Origin: an uncultured Bacteroidota bacterium
Lineage (GTDB): Bacteria > Bacteroidota > Bacteroidia > NS11-12g > UBA9320
Length of the DNA stretch: 64,000 nucleotides
Assembly: GCA_913050005.1 (NCBI GenBank)
Contig: CAJXBI010000001.1
Coordinates: 90,748 to 154,747 of the forward strand
Direction of reading: 5' to 3'
A model generated the notes under the pieces. The model saw nothing but the letters and a program-made list of their open reading frames with translations. It made no database searches and was not told the origin of the DNA. Position 1 is the first letter of the stretch. Each line of letters starts with the position of its first letter. Made by a program: the position numbers and the translations under genes. Below, one piece after another: positions 1-10,258 of the stretch.

Positions 1-755
1 ATCAAATGCTTGATTTAGGCTTTGCTAAAGATATTGATGATTTGGTTAGGAAACTTCCAAGAAGACGTCAAACATTATTTTTTTCTGCAACCATCAATAA
101 AAAAATAAAAACTCAAGCTTACAAAATGGTTAGTAGCAAGGCCATTAGGATTCAGATTTCACCTAAAGATCCTGTTAGTAAAAATGTAAACCATCAAGTG
201 GCCTTTGTAGAAATGGATGATAAACGTTTTTTTCTCCAACGCATTATTCAAGAAAATGAGCATAAAAAGATACTTGTATTTGTGAGAACTAAAATCAGAG
301 CAGAACGGGTAAAAAAAGCTATGGAAAGAGCTCAAATCGATACGTTAACTATTCATGGAGATAAAGAGCAACAAGACAGAGATATCGCATTGTTAGCATT
401 TAAAACAGGTGCTTGTGGTGTTTTGATTGCAACAGATGTTACTGCAAGGGGAATAGATATCGATGGAGTTGAAATGGTTATCAACTATGATTTACCAGAA
501 ATTTCAGAAAATTATGTTCACCGAGTTGGCCGAACTGGTCGAGGAAGGAATAAAGGAAAAGCCATCTCTTTTTGTGCTAAAGAAGAAAGGGATTATTTAT
601 CTGCGATCGAGGAATTTATTTCAGTTCCTATTGTTCGTGCTACAGTTACTAAACGAGAATACGAGGAAACGGTAGAATATGCTGATGACGGAGCTAATAA
701 TTGGCAGAAACTAATACAAGAAAACATTTCAAAGACTAGAAGGAAATCTAAGTAA
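1..755 (+). CDS. DEAD-box ATP-dependent RNA helicase, C-terminal part (5' end outside window)
   Basis: Frame is open to the window edge. Helicase motifs FFSAT, TDVTARGIDI and HRVGRTGRG are present. Confidence 0.85.
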   Translation, partial: QMLDLGFAKDIDDLVRKLPRRRQTLFFSATINKKIKTQAYKMVSSKAIRIQISPKDPVSKNVNHQVAFVEMDDKRFFLQRIIQENEHKKILVFVRTKIRAERVKKAMERAQIDTLTIHGDKEQQDRDIALLAFKTGACGVLIATDVTARGIDIDGVEMVINYDLPEISENYVHRVGRTGRGRNKGKAISFCAKEERDYLSAIEEFISVPIVRATVTKREYEETVEYADDGANNWQKLIQENISKTRRKSK

Positions 756-770
756 GATAAAAATTAACTA

Positions 771-803
771 AAAAAATCCATTTGAAGACAAATGGATTTT
801 TTT
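771..803. terminator. Bidirectional rho-independent terminator between convergent helicase and actF
   Basis: Perfect 11-bp stem AAATCCATTTG/CAAATGGATTT (774-784 / 789-799) with a 4-nt loop, flanked by an A-run and a T-run. Confidence 0.8.
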
Positions 804-819
804 AATTTTTTATAATTGG

Positions 820-2280
820 TTATGGTCCAACATCGTGATTTGCAGACTCTAGAACATAAGGATGATTGATTGGATATAGATTTGCTTTACTCAATGAATG
901 TAACACGGTATATGCAAATATTCCGAAAAAGCAGATAGTTGTACCAATTTCTAAAAGACCTATACCTGCATGTTCTCCTACTGTGCCAGGCATGATCAAT
1001 AGGTACATGTCTACCCAGTGCCCAATCAAAATAATCGATGCAGCAAGTATTAATACAATAGGTGAACGCTTAGCGTTTCTCATCATAAGAACTAAAAATG
1101 GAGCAATAAAGCACATGAATAAATTGATGAAGAATAAGGGCTTAAAATCACCACTTAATCTAGCTGCAAAATATACCGTCTCCTCTGGGAGGTTAGTATA
1201 CCAGATAAGCAACCATTGACTGAGGAATATGTATGCCCAGAATACACAGAATGCAAACATAAATTTACCTAAATCATGAGTTACTTCATCAGAAACTAAG
1301 ACCATTTTCCCTTTTATTTTCAAATACTGAAGAATTATCATCATCACAGAAAGTCCCGTTACAAATGAAATTGCAAAGTTGTATACTGAAAACATGGTAG
1401 AATACCAATGAGCATCAATACTCATGATAATCAACCATGATAAAGCAGAAAATGAAAAAGCGAAAAAGAAGATAAATCCGGCAGACCATTTAGTAGAGCT
1501 CTTAAACATGGACAGTCCCTTGTCTAAATCCTCAGCTAAACTATTATTTCTTAGCTTCATTCTAATCATAATCCAAACGATGGTCACAAAAGGAATAAAG
1601 AAAAATAAAGAGGTATTGTTCAACAACCATGATTTACTTTCTAAAATCTTGTCATAACCAGCAGCATTTGGATCACCAGCAGCAGAACTATGAAAATATT
1701 GAACCCAATGATACAACGTATCTTTAGACCCAAGGGTAATTCCAACAAGCAGTATAGATCCAATAAGAAGATAGCTACTTTGAGCTTCCATTATTCTTTT
1801 GAGCATAACTGCCCACCCAGCATTGGCAACGTAATTTACAGCAATAAAGAAAATAGCTGCAACAGCAAATAACCAAAAGTAGTAGCTATTCATGAGCAGA
1901 TTTGCCCAAACACGTGTCATCCAAGTAGGACCGTGGTGTTCGTTTGCATGAGCATGATGACCATCTTCAGCATGACTTTCGTCTGCAGCATGAGTTGTTT
2001 CTAAATTTGGATTATCGATTAATAAAATGGTTGTTGTGGCATCCATTGAATGCTCATTAAAGTTATAATTAACTCCATCAGTATGAGCATGGTGACCTTC
2101 TTCAACAGTTTGAATTGTCTCTGAATGTGAGTCTTGGTTATTCCAATTATTTTTAACTTGCATCGAACCAATTCCGGCCATTACAGCTCCTAGAATAATT
2201 AATAAAATAGGAATCAACTTAGTTTTTCCTTGGAATTCAAATCTTTCTTGCGATACTTCTTTTATTGTATGGTGTCCCAT
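820..2280 (-). CDS. actF: Alternative complex III subunit ActF (polytopic quinol-binding-type membrane subunit)
   Basis: 486-aa multi-TM protein, last gene of an actABCDEF-ordered cluster. It has a His-rich N-terminal loop. Confidence 0.7.
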   Translation of the reverse strand: MGHHTIKEVSQERFEFQGKTKLIPILLIILGAVMAGIGSMQVKNNWNNQDSHSETIQTVEEGHHAHTDGVNYNFNEHSMDATTTILLIDNPNLETTHAADESHAEDGHHAHANEHHGPTWMTRVWANLLMNSYYFWLFAVAAIFFIAVNYVANAGWAVMLKRIMEAQSSYLLIGSILLVGITLGSKDTLYHWVQYFHSSAAGDPNAAGYDKILESKSWLLNNTSLFFFIPFVTIVWIMIRMKLRNNSLAEDLDKGLSMFKSSTKWSAGFIFFFAFSFSALSWLIIMSIDAHWYSTMFSVYNFAISFVTGLSVMMIILQYLKIKGKMVLVSDEVTHDLGKFMFAFCVFWAYIFLSQWLLIWYTNLPEETVYFAARLSGDFKPLFFINLFMCFIAPFLVLMMRNAKRSPIVLILAASIILIGHWVDMYLLIMPGTVGEHAGIGLLEIGTTICFFGIFAYTVLHSLSKANLYPINHPYVLESANHDVGP

Positions 2281-2300
2281 GGTTTTAAGTTTCGTTTTAA

Positions 2301-2930
2301 TTAGTTGACTTCAGTGTTATTTTGGTTATCAGAAGCATAGATGAAATCGTCTCCAAAAGCTAATGATTTCACATAATGGATGACTTTCCAACGTTCATCT
2401 GGGTCAAGCATGAAAGCATGAGATCCCATTAGGCCTTTACCATAGGTGATAGTATGGTATGCCTTACCATTAGGAAGTTCTTTGATATAGTCTGATTGGT
2501 AATTAGGCCATGATGGAGCCGGCATTTTTTTGTCCTTGAAAATAGGTCCATCATTTTTACCCTTCTTACCATGACAATGCCAACAGTATATATTATATAA
2601 TCGTTCACCTTCAGCTACATTTTCATTGGTAGGTGCAACTGAACCAGTATATTCAGCACTTGCAGCATAACCGTCGCCAGTATTTGGGTGAGGATATATG
2701 TAGTCAATTTGACCACGAGCTACAGTTCCATAAACAGGTTCTCTCATGGTCATACCATTTGGATTAGTAGAAAATTTCTTTTCTTGCGAATACGGTTCAT
2801 ATGCTTGCGAGATATACATGTTTGGAGCATACTCTATACCAGGGTTGTCACCTGAACTTACACATGAGACTATACTCATAGCAGGTAAAGCTAAAATGAT
2901 TCCGGTCTTTAAAATATTGGTTAGCTTCAT
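2301..2930 (-). CDS. actE: Alternative complex III subunit ActE, monoheme cytochrome c lipoprotein
   Basis: Lipobox-type signal (AMSIVSC), a single CWHCH heme-c motif, and operon position. Confidence 0.75.
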   Translation of the reverse strand: MKLTNILKTGIILALPAMSIVSCVSSGDNPGIEYAPNMYISQAYEPYSQEKKFSTNPNGMTMREPVYGTVARGQIDYIYPHPNTGDGYAASAEYTGSVAPTNENVAEGERLYNIYCWHCHGKKGKNDGPIFKDKKMPAPSWPNYQSDYIKELPNGKAYHTITYGKGLMGSHAFMLDPDERWKVIHYVKSLAFGDDFIYASDNQNNTEVN

Positions 2931-2934
2931 GGTG

Positions 2935-3591
2935 TTAATTCTTCTTTGGTTTTTTAGTAGAAGTTTTAGCTTTAGTAGGTGCCTTTGGTTTTTTTAATAG
3001 CTTAGCTAATTCTTCTTCTGAAGTTAGTGAAGTATTAAATGCTTCTTTGGAGTTGTTGACTTCGATGGCTCCCTCCTTTTTGAGAAGCGTTAAGATGTCA
3101 TCATTACTGATTGCCTGATCTTCATCATTATCAATGGCTAAAACCATATGATCATCCGTTTGTCTTCTTGATAATAAATCTTCTTTGATTCCGTGAATCA
3201 TCCGTGATCTGGCAAAAAACATAATAACCATACCAAATGCAGTAAACAAGATTGTTAGCTCAAACATCACGGGAATAAAACTAGTGAATACTGAGATATC
3301 TTGAGGCTTGCCTCCAATGATCATTGGCCAGTCAACTACGTTCATGTAGTATGCTAGTGTAAAACCTGACAAACAACCCAACATTCCACACAAGAAAGCA
3401 CCGATAGTTAGGTTTGTTCTGTGGTAACCCAAAGCATGATCTAGATGATGTACAGGAAAAGGAGTGTAACAATCAAATATCTTTATACCTTTTTCTTTGA
3501 GTGTATTAACTGCATGCAAAAGCTTGTCAGAATCGTCAAATATTCCAACAGTGAACTTTTTATTATCTAATAATATACTTTTATCAACCAT
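2935..3591 (-). CDS. actD: Alternative complex III subunit ActD (DUF3341-like membrane protein) with Lys-rich C-terminal tail
   Basis: Two central TM helices. The start overlaps the actC stop (TAATG). Operon position fits. Confidence 0.7.
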   Translation of the reverse strand: MVDKSILLDNKKFTVGIFDDSDKLLHAVNTLKEKGIKIFDCYTPFPVHHLDHALGYHRTNLTIGAFLCGMLGCLSGFTLAYYMNVVDWPMIIGGKPQDISVFTSFIPVMFELTILFTAFGMVIMFFARSRMIHGIKEDLLSRRQTDDHMVLAIDNDEDQAISNDDILTLLKKEGAIEVNNSKEAFNTSLTSEEELAKLLKKPKAPTKAKTSTKKPKKN

Positions 3592-4937
3592 TACTCATTG
3601 TCTTTTATGATAGTTTTAACTTCAGCCATATTGATTACGGGTAAGAATTTAGCGAACATGAAGAAGCATGTAAAGAATAATCCAAATGTCCCGAGGAATA
3701 TTCCAACTTCAACCCATGTTGCATGATACATCACCCAGCTACTTGGTAAAAAGTCTCTGTGTAATGATGTTACGATAATTACAAATCGTTCAAACCACAT
3801 TCCTATATTCACGATTATTGAAATAATAAATATAAACCAAGGTGTGGTTCTTGCCCATTTACTCCAAAATACTTGAGGAGCCACGAGGTTGCAAAACATC
3901 ATAGTCCAATATGCCCAAGCATAAGGTCCAAACATTCGATTAGCAAATGCATATTGTTCATATTCATATCCAGAGTATGCTGCAATGACAAATTCTGTTA
4001 TGTATGCTAGTCCTACTATCGAACCTGTTAGAAGGATAACTTTAGTCATAGCTTCCATGTGTTCGGTTGTAATATAATCTTGATAGTTCATTACATGTCT
4101 TACAATAAGAAGAAGTGTAAGAACCATTCCGAAACCAGAAAAAATAGCACCAGCTACGAAGTAAGGAGGGAATATTGTTGTGTGCCATCCCGGTATTACG
4201 GACGTTGCAAAGTCCATTGATACAATAGTATGTACAGATAATACAAGAGGAGTAGAGATACCTGCTAAAATTAGAGCAACAACTTCGTATCTACCCCATG
4301 ATTTAGCTGATCCATTCCAACCCATAGCAAAAAAACCATACCAAAATTTTCGAGCTTTTGTTGTAGCTCTATCTCTTACGCTAGCAATATCAGGAATCAG
4401 TCCAAGATACCAGAATACAAGTGATACAGATAGGTAGGTAGAGATAGCAAATACATCCCATAATAGTGGTGAATTAAAATTCACCCAAAGTGATCCAAAA
4501 GCATTTGGGAGGGGGAGAGGCCAGTAGCCTAACCAAACACGGCCCATGTGGAATAAAGGAAAAATTGCTGCACAGAAAACAGCAAAAATTGTCATCGCTT
4601 CAGCTGAACGGTTAATAGCCATTCTCCATTTTTGTCTAAATAATAGAAGAATTGCAGAAATTAACGTCCCTGCATGACCGATACCTACCCAGAATACAAA
4701 GTTGGTTATGTCCCAACCCCACATAACTGATTTATTTACATTCCATGTACCAATCCCTTCCCAGACTGTCCATGCTAAGGTTCCGGCTAATACAAGGAGT
4801 AATACGACTGCAATAGTAAACCCTAACCACCAAGATGGTGTTGGTTTATTTTCAATTGGCCGACAGACGTCTTTAGTAACATCTGAATATGTTTTTCCGC
4901 CTGTTACAAGTGGCTGTCTTATATCTGCTGTATACAT
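3591..4937 (-). CDS. actC: Alternative complex III subunit ActC (NrfD/PsrC-type membrane subunit)
   Basis: 448-aa polytopic protein directly downstream of the Fe-S subunit. Confidence 0.8.
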   Translation of the reverse strand: MYTADIRQPLVTGGKTYSDVTKDVCRPIENKPTPSWWLGFTIAVVLLLVLAGTLAWTVWEGIGTWNVNKSVMWGWDITNFVFWVGIGHAGTLISAILLLFRQKWRMAINRSAEAMTIFAVFCAAIFPLFHMGRVWLGYWPLPLPNAFGSLWVNFNSPLLWDVFAISTYLSVSLVFWYLGLIPDIASVRDRATTKARKFWYGFFAMGWNGSAKSWGRYEVVALILAGISTPLVLSVHTIVSMDFATSVIPGWHTTIFPPYFVAGAIFSGFGMVLTLLLIVRHVMNYQDYITTEHMEAMTKVILLTGSIVGLAYITEFVIAAYSGYEYEQYAFANRMFGPYAWAYWTMMFCNLVAPQVFWSKWARTTPWFIFIISIIVNIGMWFERFVIIVTSLHRDFLPSSWVMYHATWVEVGIFLGTFGLFFTCFFMFAKFLPVINMAEVKTIIKDNE

Positions 4938-4953
4938 GCTTTATATAATTTGC

Positions 4954-7900
4954 TTATGAATGGTTCGTAGTTTGTTTTTTATTTCTAATCTTGGTTAGAT
5001 ATTTTATGCTTGGTTTGGTTCCTAGTTCCTCTATTACGTGATAGGCTCTATATTTTTTATAAAGCTTGGATACCTTACTGTTTGGGTCATTTAAGTCACC
5101 AAATACAATAGAGTCTGATGAGCATGTTTGTGCACAGGCAACGGTAAACTCATCTGTTTTAAGCTTTCTACCCTCACGCTTTGCTACCAGTTTTGCTGCT
5201 TGGATTTTTTGAACACACATACTGCATTTTTCCATCACACCACGAGAACGAACAGTGACATCAGGATTAATGACCATTTTACCTAAATCGTTACTGAAAT
5301 GGTAATCAAATTTTTCGTTTTCGTTGTATCTAAACCAGTTGAATCTACGTACTTTATAGGGGCAATTGTTAGCACAATATTTAGTACCAATACAACGATT
5401 ATAGGTCATTTGATTTAGTCCCTCGCTACTATGAGTAGTTGCAAGTACTGGACAGACTGTTTCGCAAGGAGCGTTGTCACAATGCTGGCACATCATGGGC
5501 TGATGAACAGTACTGACGTATTGATAGTAGTCAAAGTTGCCAACTTCTTTAGAATAGGTTTCCATGACTTTTTCTTTTGACAATTGGTCTCCCTTCTTAA
5601 TACTTCTATCACCCCCGTGTACTATACTCATTTTGAGGTCTTTGTCCTCTAAGGCCTCAAAACTGTAGTATCTATCAATACGTAACCAATGCATCTCTCT
5701 TCTTCGTCTTACCTCGTCTCTGCCCACAATCGGAACATTATTTTCAATACTGCAACTAACAACGCAAGCACTACAACCATTACAGGTATTGAGATCTATG
5801 ACCTTAGCCCAATGATGTCCTTTTGAGTAATCATACTCTTGCCAAAGAGTTACAAGGTTATGATGTTTATTTACTTTTCGTAATTTAGGATCTTTTCTGT
5901 ATTCCTCTAATGATGCTTCTCTGACAATATCTCTTCCTTCAATAGAGTTGTGAGTTTGGGTCCTTGCCAACTCATATTCTCTACCCGTAGATATGATTTT
6001 GATTTCATCATCAATCACATAAGAATTAGTATTGTTTGCATATCCAACTAGTGGATATACATTAGTTCCTAAGTTTTGCATATCATTTTTTACAGATTCT
6101 GCATATTTTCTGCCATATCCCAGTGCTATGCCAAATGATCCTTTTACTTGACCTGGTTGAACAATTACTGGTAACTCTATCTGCTGACCTTTAACCTCAA
6201 TTAGTGCTACGTTATTATCTACTAATTTTAATTCATCTGCATCTGGCTTGGAAACAGTCAGGTAATTATCCCAAGTAACCTTGGTTACTGGATCGGGCAT
6301 CTCGTGAGCCCAGGGATTATTGGCAAATGAGCCATCTTTTACTCCTAGTTTTTGATAAAGAACTAATTCTTTGGAGGTCTTTTTTCTTGACTTGACGTTA
6401 TTTATGGAGTCATTAACATTTGCCAAAAATGAAGGTGTGCTCGCAGTCAAAGCTTCTTTTTCAAAAAAACCTTTTTCAATTAGTTTATTAAAGTCACGAC
6501 CTATTTCATTTGATACAAGCGTTTTTAGGGCTTCGTAGTCATAGCTAAATTTATTTTTGGTATCAATGTTTTCGTCTGCCCATTTGGCAAATGACGTTGA
6601 TGTATTCCTGCCATCAAATACAGGTGAGATGGTGGGTTGACTGAAGACATATTTTCCTTTGTATGGTTGCTTAATGTCCCAACTTTCAAGAGGATGTGTA
6701 TTTGGAGCAATAATGTCACACATTCTTGAAGTTTCGTCATCAATAATACTATTACTAACTTTAAATTCTATTTTATTGAGAATATTGTCAAAGTCAGCAA
6801 AGGAGTATTGAGGATTGGAATCTACAAAAATAACAGCTCCATACTTTTCTTGTTTTGCATCTTCTACAAACTCTAAGAAGACTTTTTCATCAATGCTATT
6901 GCCATTATAATGGTTTTCAAGGTCAATAATATCATCATAGTTGCCTAATTCTAGATTTATAGCATTGGTAATTATTTGGTCGTGAATATTATTGCTTCCG
7001 CACAGCACAACTGATTTTCCTCGACTATCCTTCAGTTCTTTAGCTATTTTATTAATATGGTTTCCAGGCAATTCAAGGCCTTCACTATCAGACCCCTTCG
7101 TGAGTATATTATATAGTTTTAGCAAATGAAGACCTGTTTGGTTGCTTCTCATTGGCAATCGTACATCAGAATTTGCACCTGAGAGTGTCATCAAACTTTC
7201 AAACTGATAATGTCTTGACATATCGCCGTCTGGTTTCCTATTTTGAGCATAGTCTGATCTTGCCTTGCCCGCATTTAGCCAAGTCCCCAAAAAATCAGCC
7301 CCAAAACTTACAATAAGTTTGGCTTTGTCAAAATGATAAGTAGGAATAACTGCTTTACCAAATGACTTTTCATTGGCCCTCAATATACCAGATGAGGTGA
7401 TGGCCTCATATGGGATAACGGAAGTGTTAGGGTATTTCGCTTTAAATTTTGTAATTGATTGATTCAATAACAAACTTGTATTATTCCTTGTTACGATCGC
7501 GATGGATTTATTTTTTGCTGCTACTTTATCTAAGTTGTCAATAATATATTTATCAGCCTCTGACCATTTTATAGGTTTTCTTTTACCTTGTTTGATTGGA
7601 CCCTTAATTCGAGTTGTATCATATAATGACAAGATTGCAGAGTGTGCAAGTCCATCTAAACCACAACCAAAAAATTTCGCATCACTATTGGGTTCAAATT
7701 TAATGGGTCTACCTTCTCTCACTTTGACAAGTATCGGATGCCCCACATAGTCAGAAATAGAACTACTGGCATAATATAATGGTACACCTGGTGTGACGTG
7801 ATCTGGTTTTTCTACATATGGAATTGCTTTTTTAATTGGTGTTTTATTACAAGCAGCAAGTGTTACAGCTCCTAATCCAAAACCAAAATATTTTAGGAAG

Positions 7901-8046
7901 TCTCTACGGTTTGCGCGAGAAGAATCCTCATTTGAAAATACTTGTTCTAATGGTAAACCTTCCGAAAACTCATTGGCATTTGAAGAAACAAATTCTTGAG
8001 TTTGATCTAACTCCTCTAAACCTTTCCAGTAATTATTTGAAGACAT
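4954..8046 (-). CDS. actB: Alternative complex III subunit ActB (fused molybdopterin-oxidoreductase-like / 4Fe-4S subunit)
   Basis: Twin-arginine signal NRRDFLKY. Cys clusters CNGCSACVVSC, CQHCDNAPCETVCP, CIGTKYCANNCP. 1030 aa. Confidence 0.85.
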   Translation of the reverse strand: MSSNNYWKGLEELDQTQEFVSSNANEFSEGLPLEQVFSNEDSSRANRRDFLKYFGFGLGAVTLAACNKTPIKKAIPYVEKPDHVTPGVPLYYASSSISDYVGHPILVKVREGRPIKFEPNSDAKFFGCGLDGLAHSAILSLYDTTRIKGPIKQGKRKPIKWSEADKYIIDNLDKVAAKNKSIAIVTRNNTSLLLNQSITKFKAKYPNTSVIPYEAITSSGILRANEKSFGKAVIPTYHFDKAKLIVSFGADFLGTWLNAGKARSDYAQNRKPDGDMSRHYQFESLMTLSGANSDVRLPMRSNQTGLHLLKLYNILTKGSDSEGLELPGNHINKIAKELKDSRGKSVVLCGSNNIHDQIITNAINLELGNYDDIIDLENHYNGNSIDEKVFLEFVEDAKQEKYGAVIFVDSNPQYSFADFDNILNKIEFKVSNSIIDDETSRMCDIIAPNTHPLESWDIKQPYKGKYVFSQPTISPVFDGRNTSTSFAKWADENIDTKNKFSYDYEALKTLVSNEIGRDFNKLIEKGFFEKEALTASTPSFLANVNDSINNVKSRKKTSKELVLYQKLGVKDGSFANNPWAHEMPDPVTKVTWDNYLTVSKPDADELKLVDNNVALIEVKGQQIELPVIVQPGQVKGSFGIALGYGRKYAESVKNDMQNLGTNVYPLVGYANNTNSYVIDDEIKIISTGREYELARTQTHNSIEGRDIVREASLEEYRKDPKLRKVNKHHNLVTLWQEYDYSKGHHWAKVIDLNTCNGCSACVVSCSIENNVPIVGRDEVRRRREMHWLRIDRYYSFEALEDKDLKMSIVHGGDRSIKKGDQLSKEKVMETYSKEVGNFDYYQYVSTVHQPMMCQHCDNAPCETVCPVLATTHSSEGLNQMTYNRCIGTKYCANNCPYKVRRFNWFRYNENEKFDYHFSNDLGKMVINPDVTVRSRGVMEKCSMCVQKIQAAKLVAKREGRKLKTDEFTVACAQTCSSDSIVFGDLNDPNSKVSKLYKKYRAYHVIEELGTKPSIKYLTKIRNKKQTTNHS

Positions 8047-8073
8047 AATTTGATTTTCTTTTTTAATGTTGTT

Positions 8074-9003
8074 TTAATAGTGACACTTACTACATTCCAA
8101 TCCACCATTTTCCGCTACGGTGATGTAGTCTTTACCCTCTGCTAGCATGTTTTTATGTGCTTCTTCATAGTAATCATTATTTTCAGAATCAATTCCACGT
8201 TCTCTGTGGCAATCAATACACCAGCCCATTTGTAAGTTAGAGTATTGGTATACTTTTTCCATTTCTTCGATCGGGCCGTGGCATGTTTGACATTCAACTT
8301 TACCTACAACAACATGCTGAGAGTGATTGAAATAAGCTAGATCTGGCAGGTTATGAATTCTTATCCATTCGATTGGTTTTTGATCGTAACCCTCAATGTA
8401 TTCCATGTTATCTCCATCAAAACCAATAGCATTGTATATTTTTTGGATTTCAGGAGAAGTTTTTCCATTATATTTTTCGGCAGCTTTCACATATTTGTGA
8501 CAATTCATGCACGTATTCAAAGATGGAATACTTGCAGATTTAGATTTTTCAACTGTACTGTGACAGTATTTACAATCCATCTCATATTGACCAGCATGAA
8601 TCTTGTGCGAGAAATTTATTGGTTGAGTTGGTGCATAACCTTGTTGAACTCCTACTTCCTCCATTCCAAATTTGTAACCAAATGCACCCAGAAATAGCAT
8701 AACAGCTCCAGCTATTATAAGTGTAGCAATTGTTGGGTTCCATGCCTCAATAATGGGTCTAAATTTTCTTTCATATAGTGATGGCTCAGCTACTTGCTTA
8801 TTTTTTTCGTTGTTAAGAACAGTTAAATGTCTTTTGATACCATAAAGTAAGACTGATATAGCAATTAAAACAATTGATAATATAATCAACGCAAGAAATG
8901 TAGATTCGGAGTAAAAAGATGACATATTATTATTTGAATGTGAGAAGGTGCTTGTTAGAACAAAAAGAGTTGTTAATACAATTTGTGTTTTGGGTACGTT
9001 CAT
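8074..9003 (-). CDS. actA: Alternative complex III subunit ActA, pentaheme cytochrome c
   Basis: Five CXXCH motifs (CKYCH, CMNCH, CQTCH, CIDCH, CSKCH) and an N-terminal membrane anchor. Confidence 0.8.
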   Translation of the reverse strand: MNVPKTQIVLTTLFVLTSTFSHSNNNMSSFYSESTFLALIILSIVLIAISVLLYGIKRHLTVLNNEKNKQVAEPSLYERKFRPIIEAWNPTIATLIIAGAVMLFLGAFGYKFGMEEVGVQQGYAPTQPINFSHKIHAGQYEMDCKYCHSTVEKSKSASIPSLNTCMNCHKYVKAAEKYNGKTSPEIQKIYNAIGFDGDNMEYIEGYDQKPIEWIRIHNLPDLAYFNHSQHVVVGKVECQTCHGPIEEMEKVYQYSNLQMGWCIDCHRERGIDSENNDYYEEAHKNMLAEGKDYITVAENGGLECSKCHY

Positions 9004-9034
9004 TCGTTATGATTGCGTCAAAAATACGCTGTTG

Positions 9035-9042
9035 CAAATATA
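9035..9042 (-). promoter_or_regulatory. Bacteroidota -7 promoter box TATATTTG upstream of actA
   Basis: Exact TAnnTTTG on the minus strand, 31 nt upstream of the actA ATG. Confidence 0.5.
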
Positions 9043-9247
9043 ATTATTGATTAAATTTTGAGTTTTTGATACGTTCAGAATTTTTCAATTTAGAAGGTTT
9101 TCAAATAGTCGGATTTTTGATTCATAAGTCTATTGTAATCAGATAATTAAATTGATTAATTAATATTTTATTTATTGATTTTTTTTTATTCACAATAGTT
9201 GATAATTTAATGTTTAATGATTTGATATTAATTTTAAGTAAATAGCT

Positions 9248-10192
9248 TTAGTCGTATTGTTGATATGCTCTAATGATTTCTTTAACTAAGTGGTGTCTTA
9301 CAACATCATTTTCATTCAGTTTAACTACCCCAATACCGTTGACATTTTTTAGCATATCAAGTGCTGGAGCAAGTCCGCTTTTTGCTCTAGCCGGAAGATC
9401 GATTTGACTTAAATCTCCGGTTATAATGATTTTAGATGTTGGTCCCATGCGAGTGAGGAACATTTTAAGTTGAGTATGCGTTGCATTTTGACCTTCATCT
9501 AGTATTGCAAAACAATTTTTTAAAGTTCTTCCTCTCATAAAAGCAAGTGGGGCTACCTCTATGATCCCTTTTTCAATGTATGCTTTATATTTTTCTCGAG
9601 GTATCATATCGCCAAGGGCATCATACAAAGGTCTAAGATAGGGGTCTACTTTGTCCTTCATATCGCCTGGAAGGAACCCTAAGCTTTCTCCGGCTTCTAC
9701 TGCTGGTCTACACAATATAATTTTTTTAACTTCTTTATTTTTCAGGGCTCGAACAGCTAGGGCAACTGCAGTGTATGTTTTTCCTGTTCCGGCAGGACCT
9801 ATAGCAAATACTAAATCATTTTCGTTGGCTTTATCTACAAGCTGTTGCTGGTTTTTGGTTCGAGCAATAACGATCTTGCCACCTTGTCCATGGATGATGA
9901 TACCTTTATCAGTATGAGATTGTCCGTTTTTTGAGTTTTCTTCACCAATAACTAGTCTTTCAATATCTCCGAGCGTAATTTTTTTATTCATCTTTAGGTA
10001 TTTAACAATTGACTCAATTGCAACTATAAATTCATTTACACCTTGCTCTTCTCCCTTTATTGTAATCTTATTGCCACGTGATGAAAGTATTAGATTTGGA
10101 TATTTCTCTTTATATATTTTAAAATGACTATTGTAAGGTCCAAAAAATCGAGAATGTTCAATGCCTTCTAATAAATATTTCTTTTCTACCAA
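9248..10192 (-). CDS. phoH: PhoH-family ATPase
   Basis: Walker A GPAGTGKTY and PhoH-like C-terminal half. TTG start; the upstream frame is closed by a stop. Confidence 0.85.
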   Translation of the reverse strand: MVEKKYLLEGIEHSRFFGPYNSHFKIYKEKYPNLILSSRGNKITIKGEEQGVNEFIVAIESIVKYLKMNKKITLGDIERLVIGEENSKNGQSHTDKGIIIHGQGGKIVIARTKNQQQLVDKANENDLVFAIGPAGTGKTYTAVALAVRALKNKEVKKIILCRPAVEAGESLGFLPGDMKDKVDPYLRPLYDALGDMIPREKYKAYIEKGIIEVAPLAFMRGRTLKNCFAILDEGQNATHTQLKMFLTRMGPTSKIIITGDLSQIDLPARAKSGLAPALDMLKNVNGIGVVKLNENDVVRHHLVKEIIRAYQQYD

Positions 10193-10258
10193 TTTATATG
10201 ATACAAATGTTGTGTTCAGGTATTATTTTCGTCTGCTAAATTAGTTAAATAATATCAA

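Noticed and set aside
866-8697. Antisense or alternate-frame ORFs inside the act genes: 866-1219, 1424-1657, 1690-1872, 2746-2997, 4180-4437, 4702-4959, 6525-6743, 7502-7750, 7836-8048 and 8353-8697.
   Set aside because: All are embedded in strongly supported ACIII CDSs. They are short and hydrophobic or low-complexity, as expected from AT-rich antisense reading.
9063-9121. Repeated TTTTTGAT(A/T)C motif upstream of the act operon (9063-9072 and 9114-9123), also seen at 35631-35640.
   Set aside because: An AT-rich 8-10-mer is expected to recur by chance in 64 kb of this composition. It has no consistent position relative to promoters.
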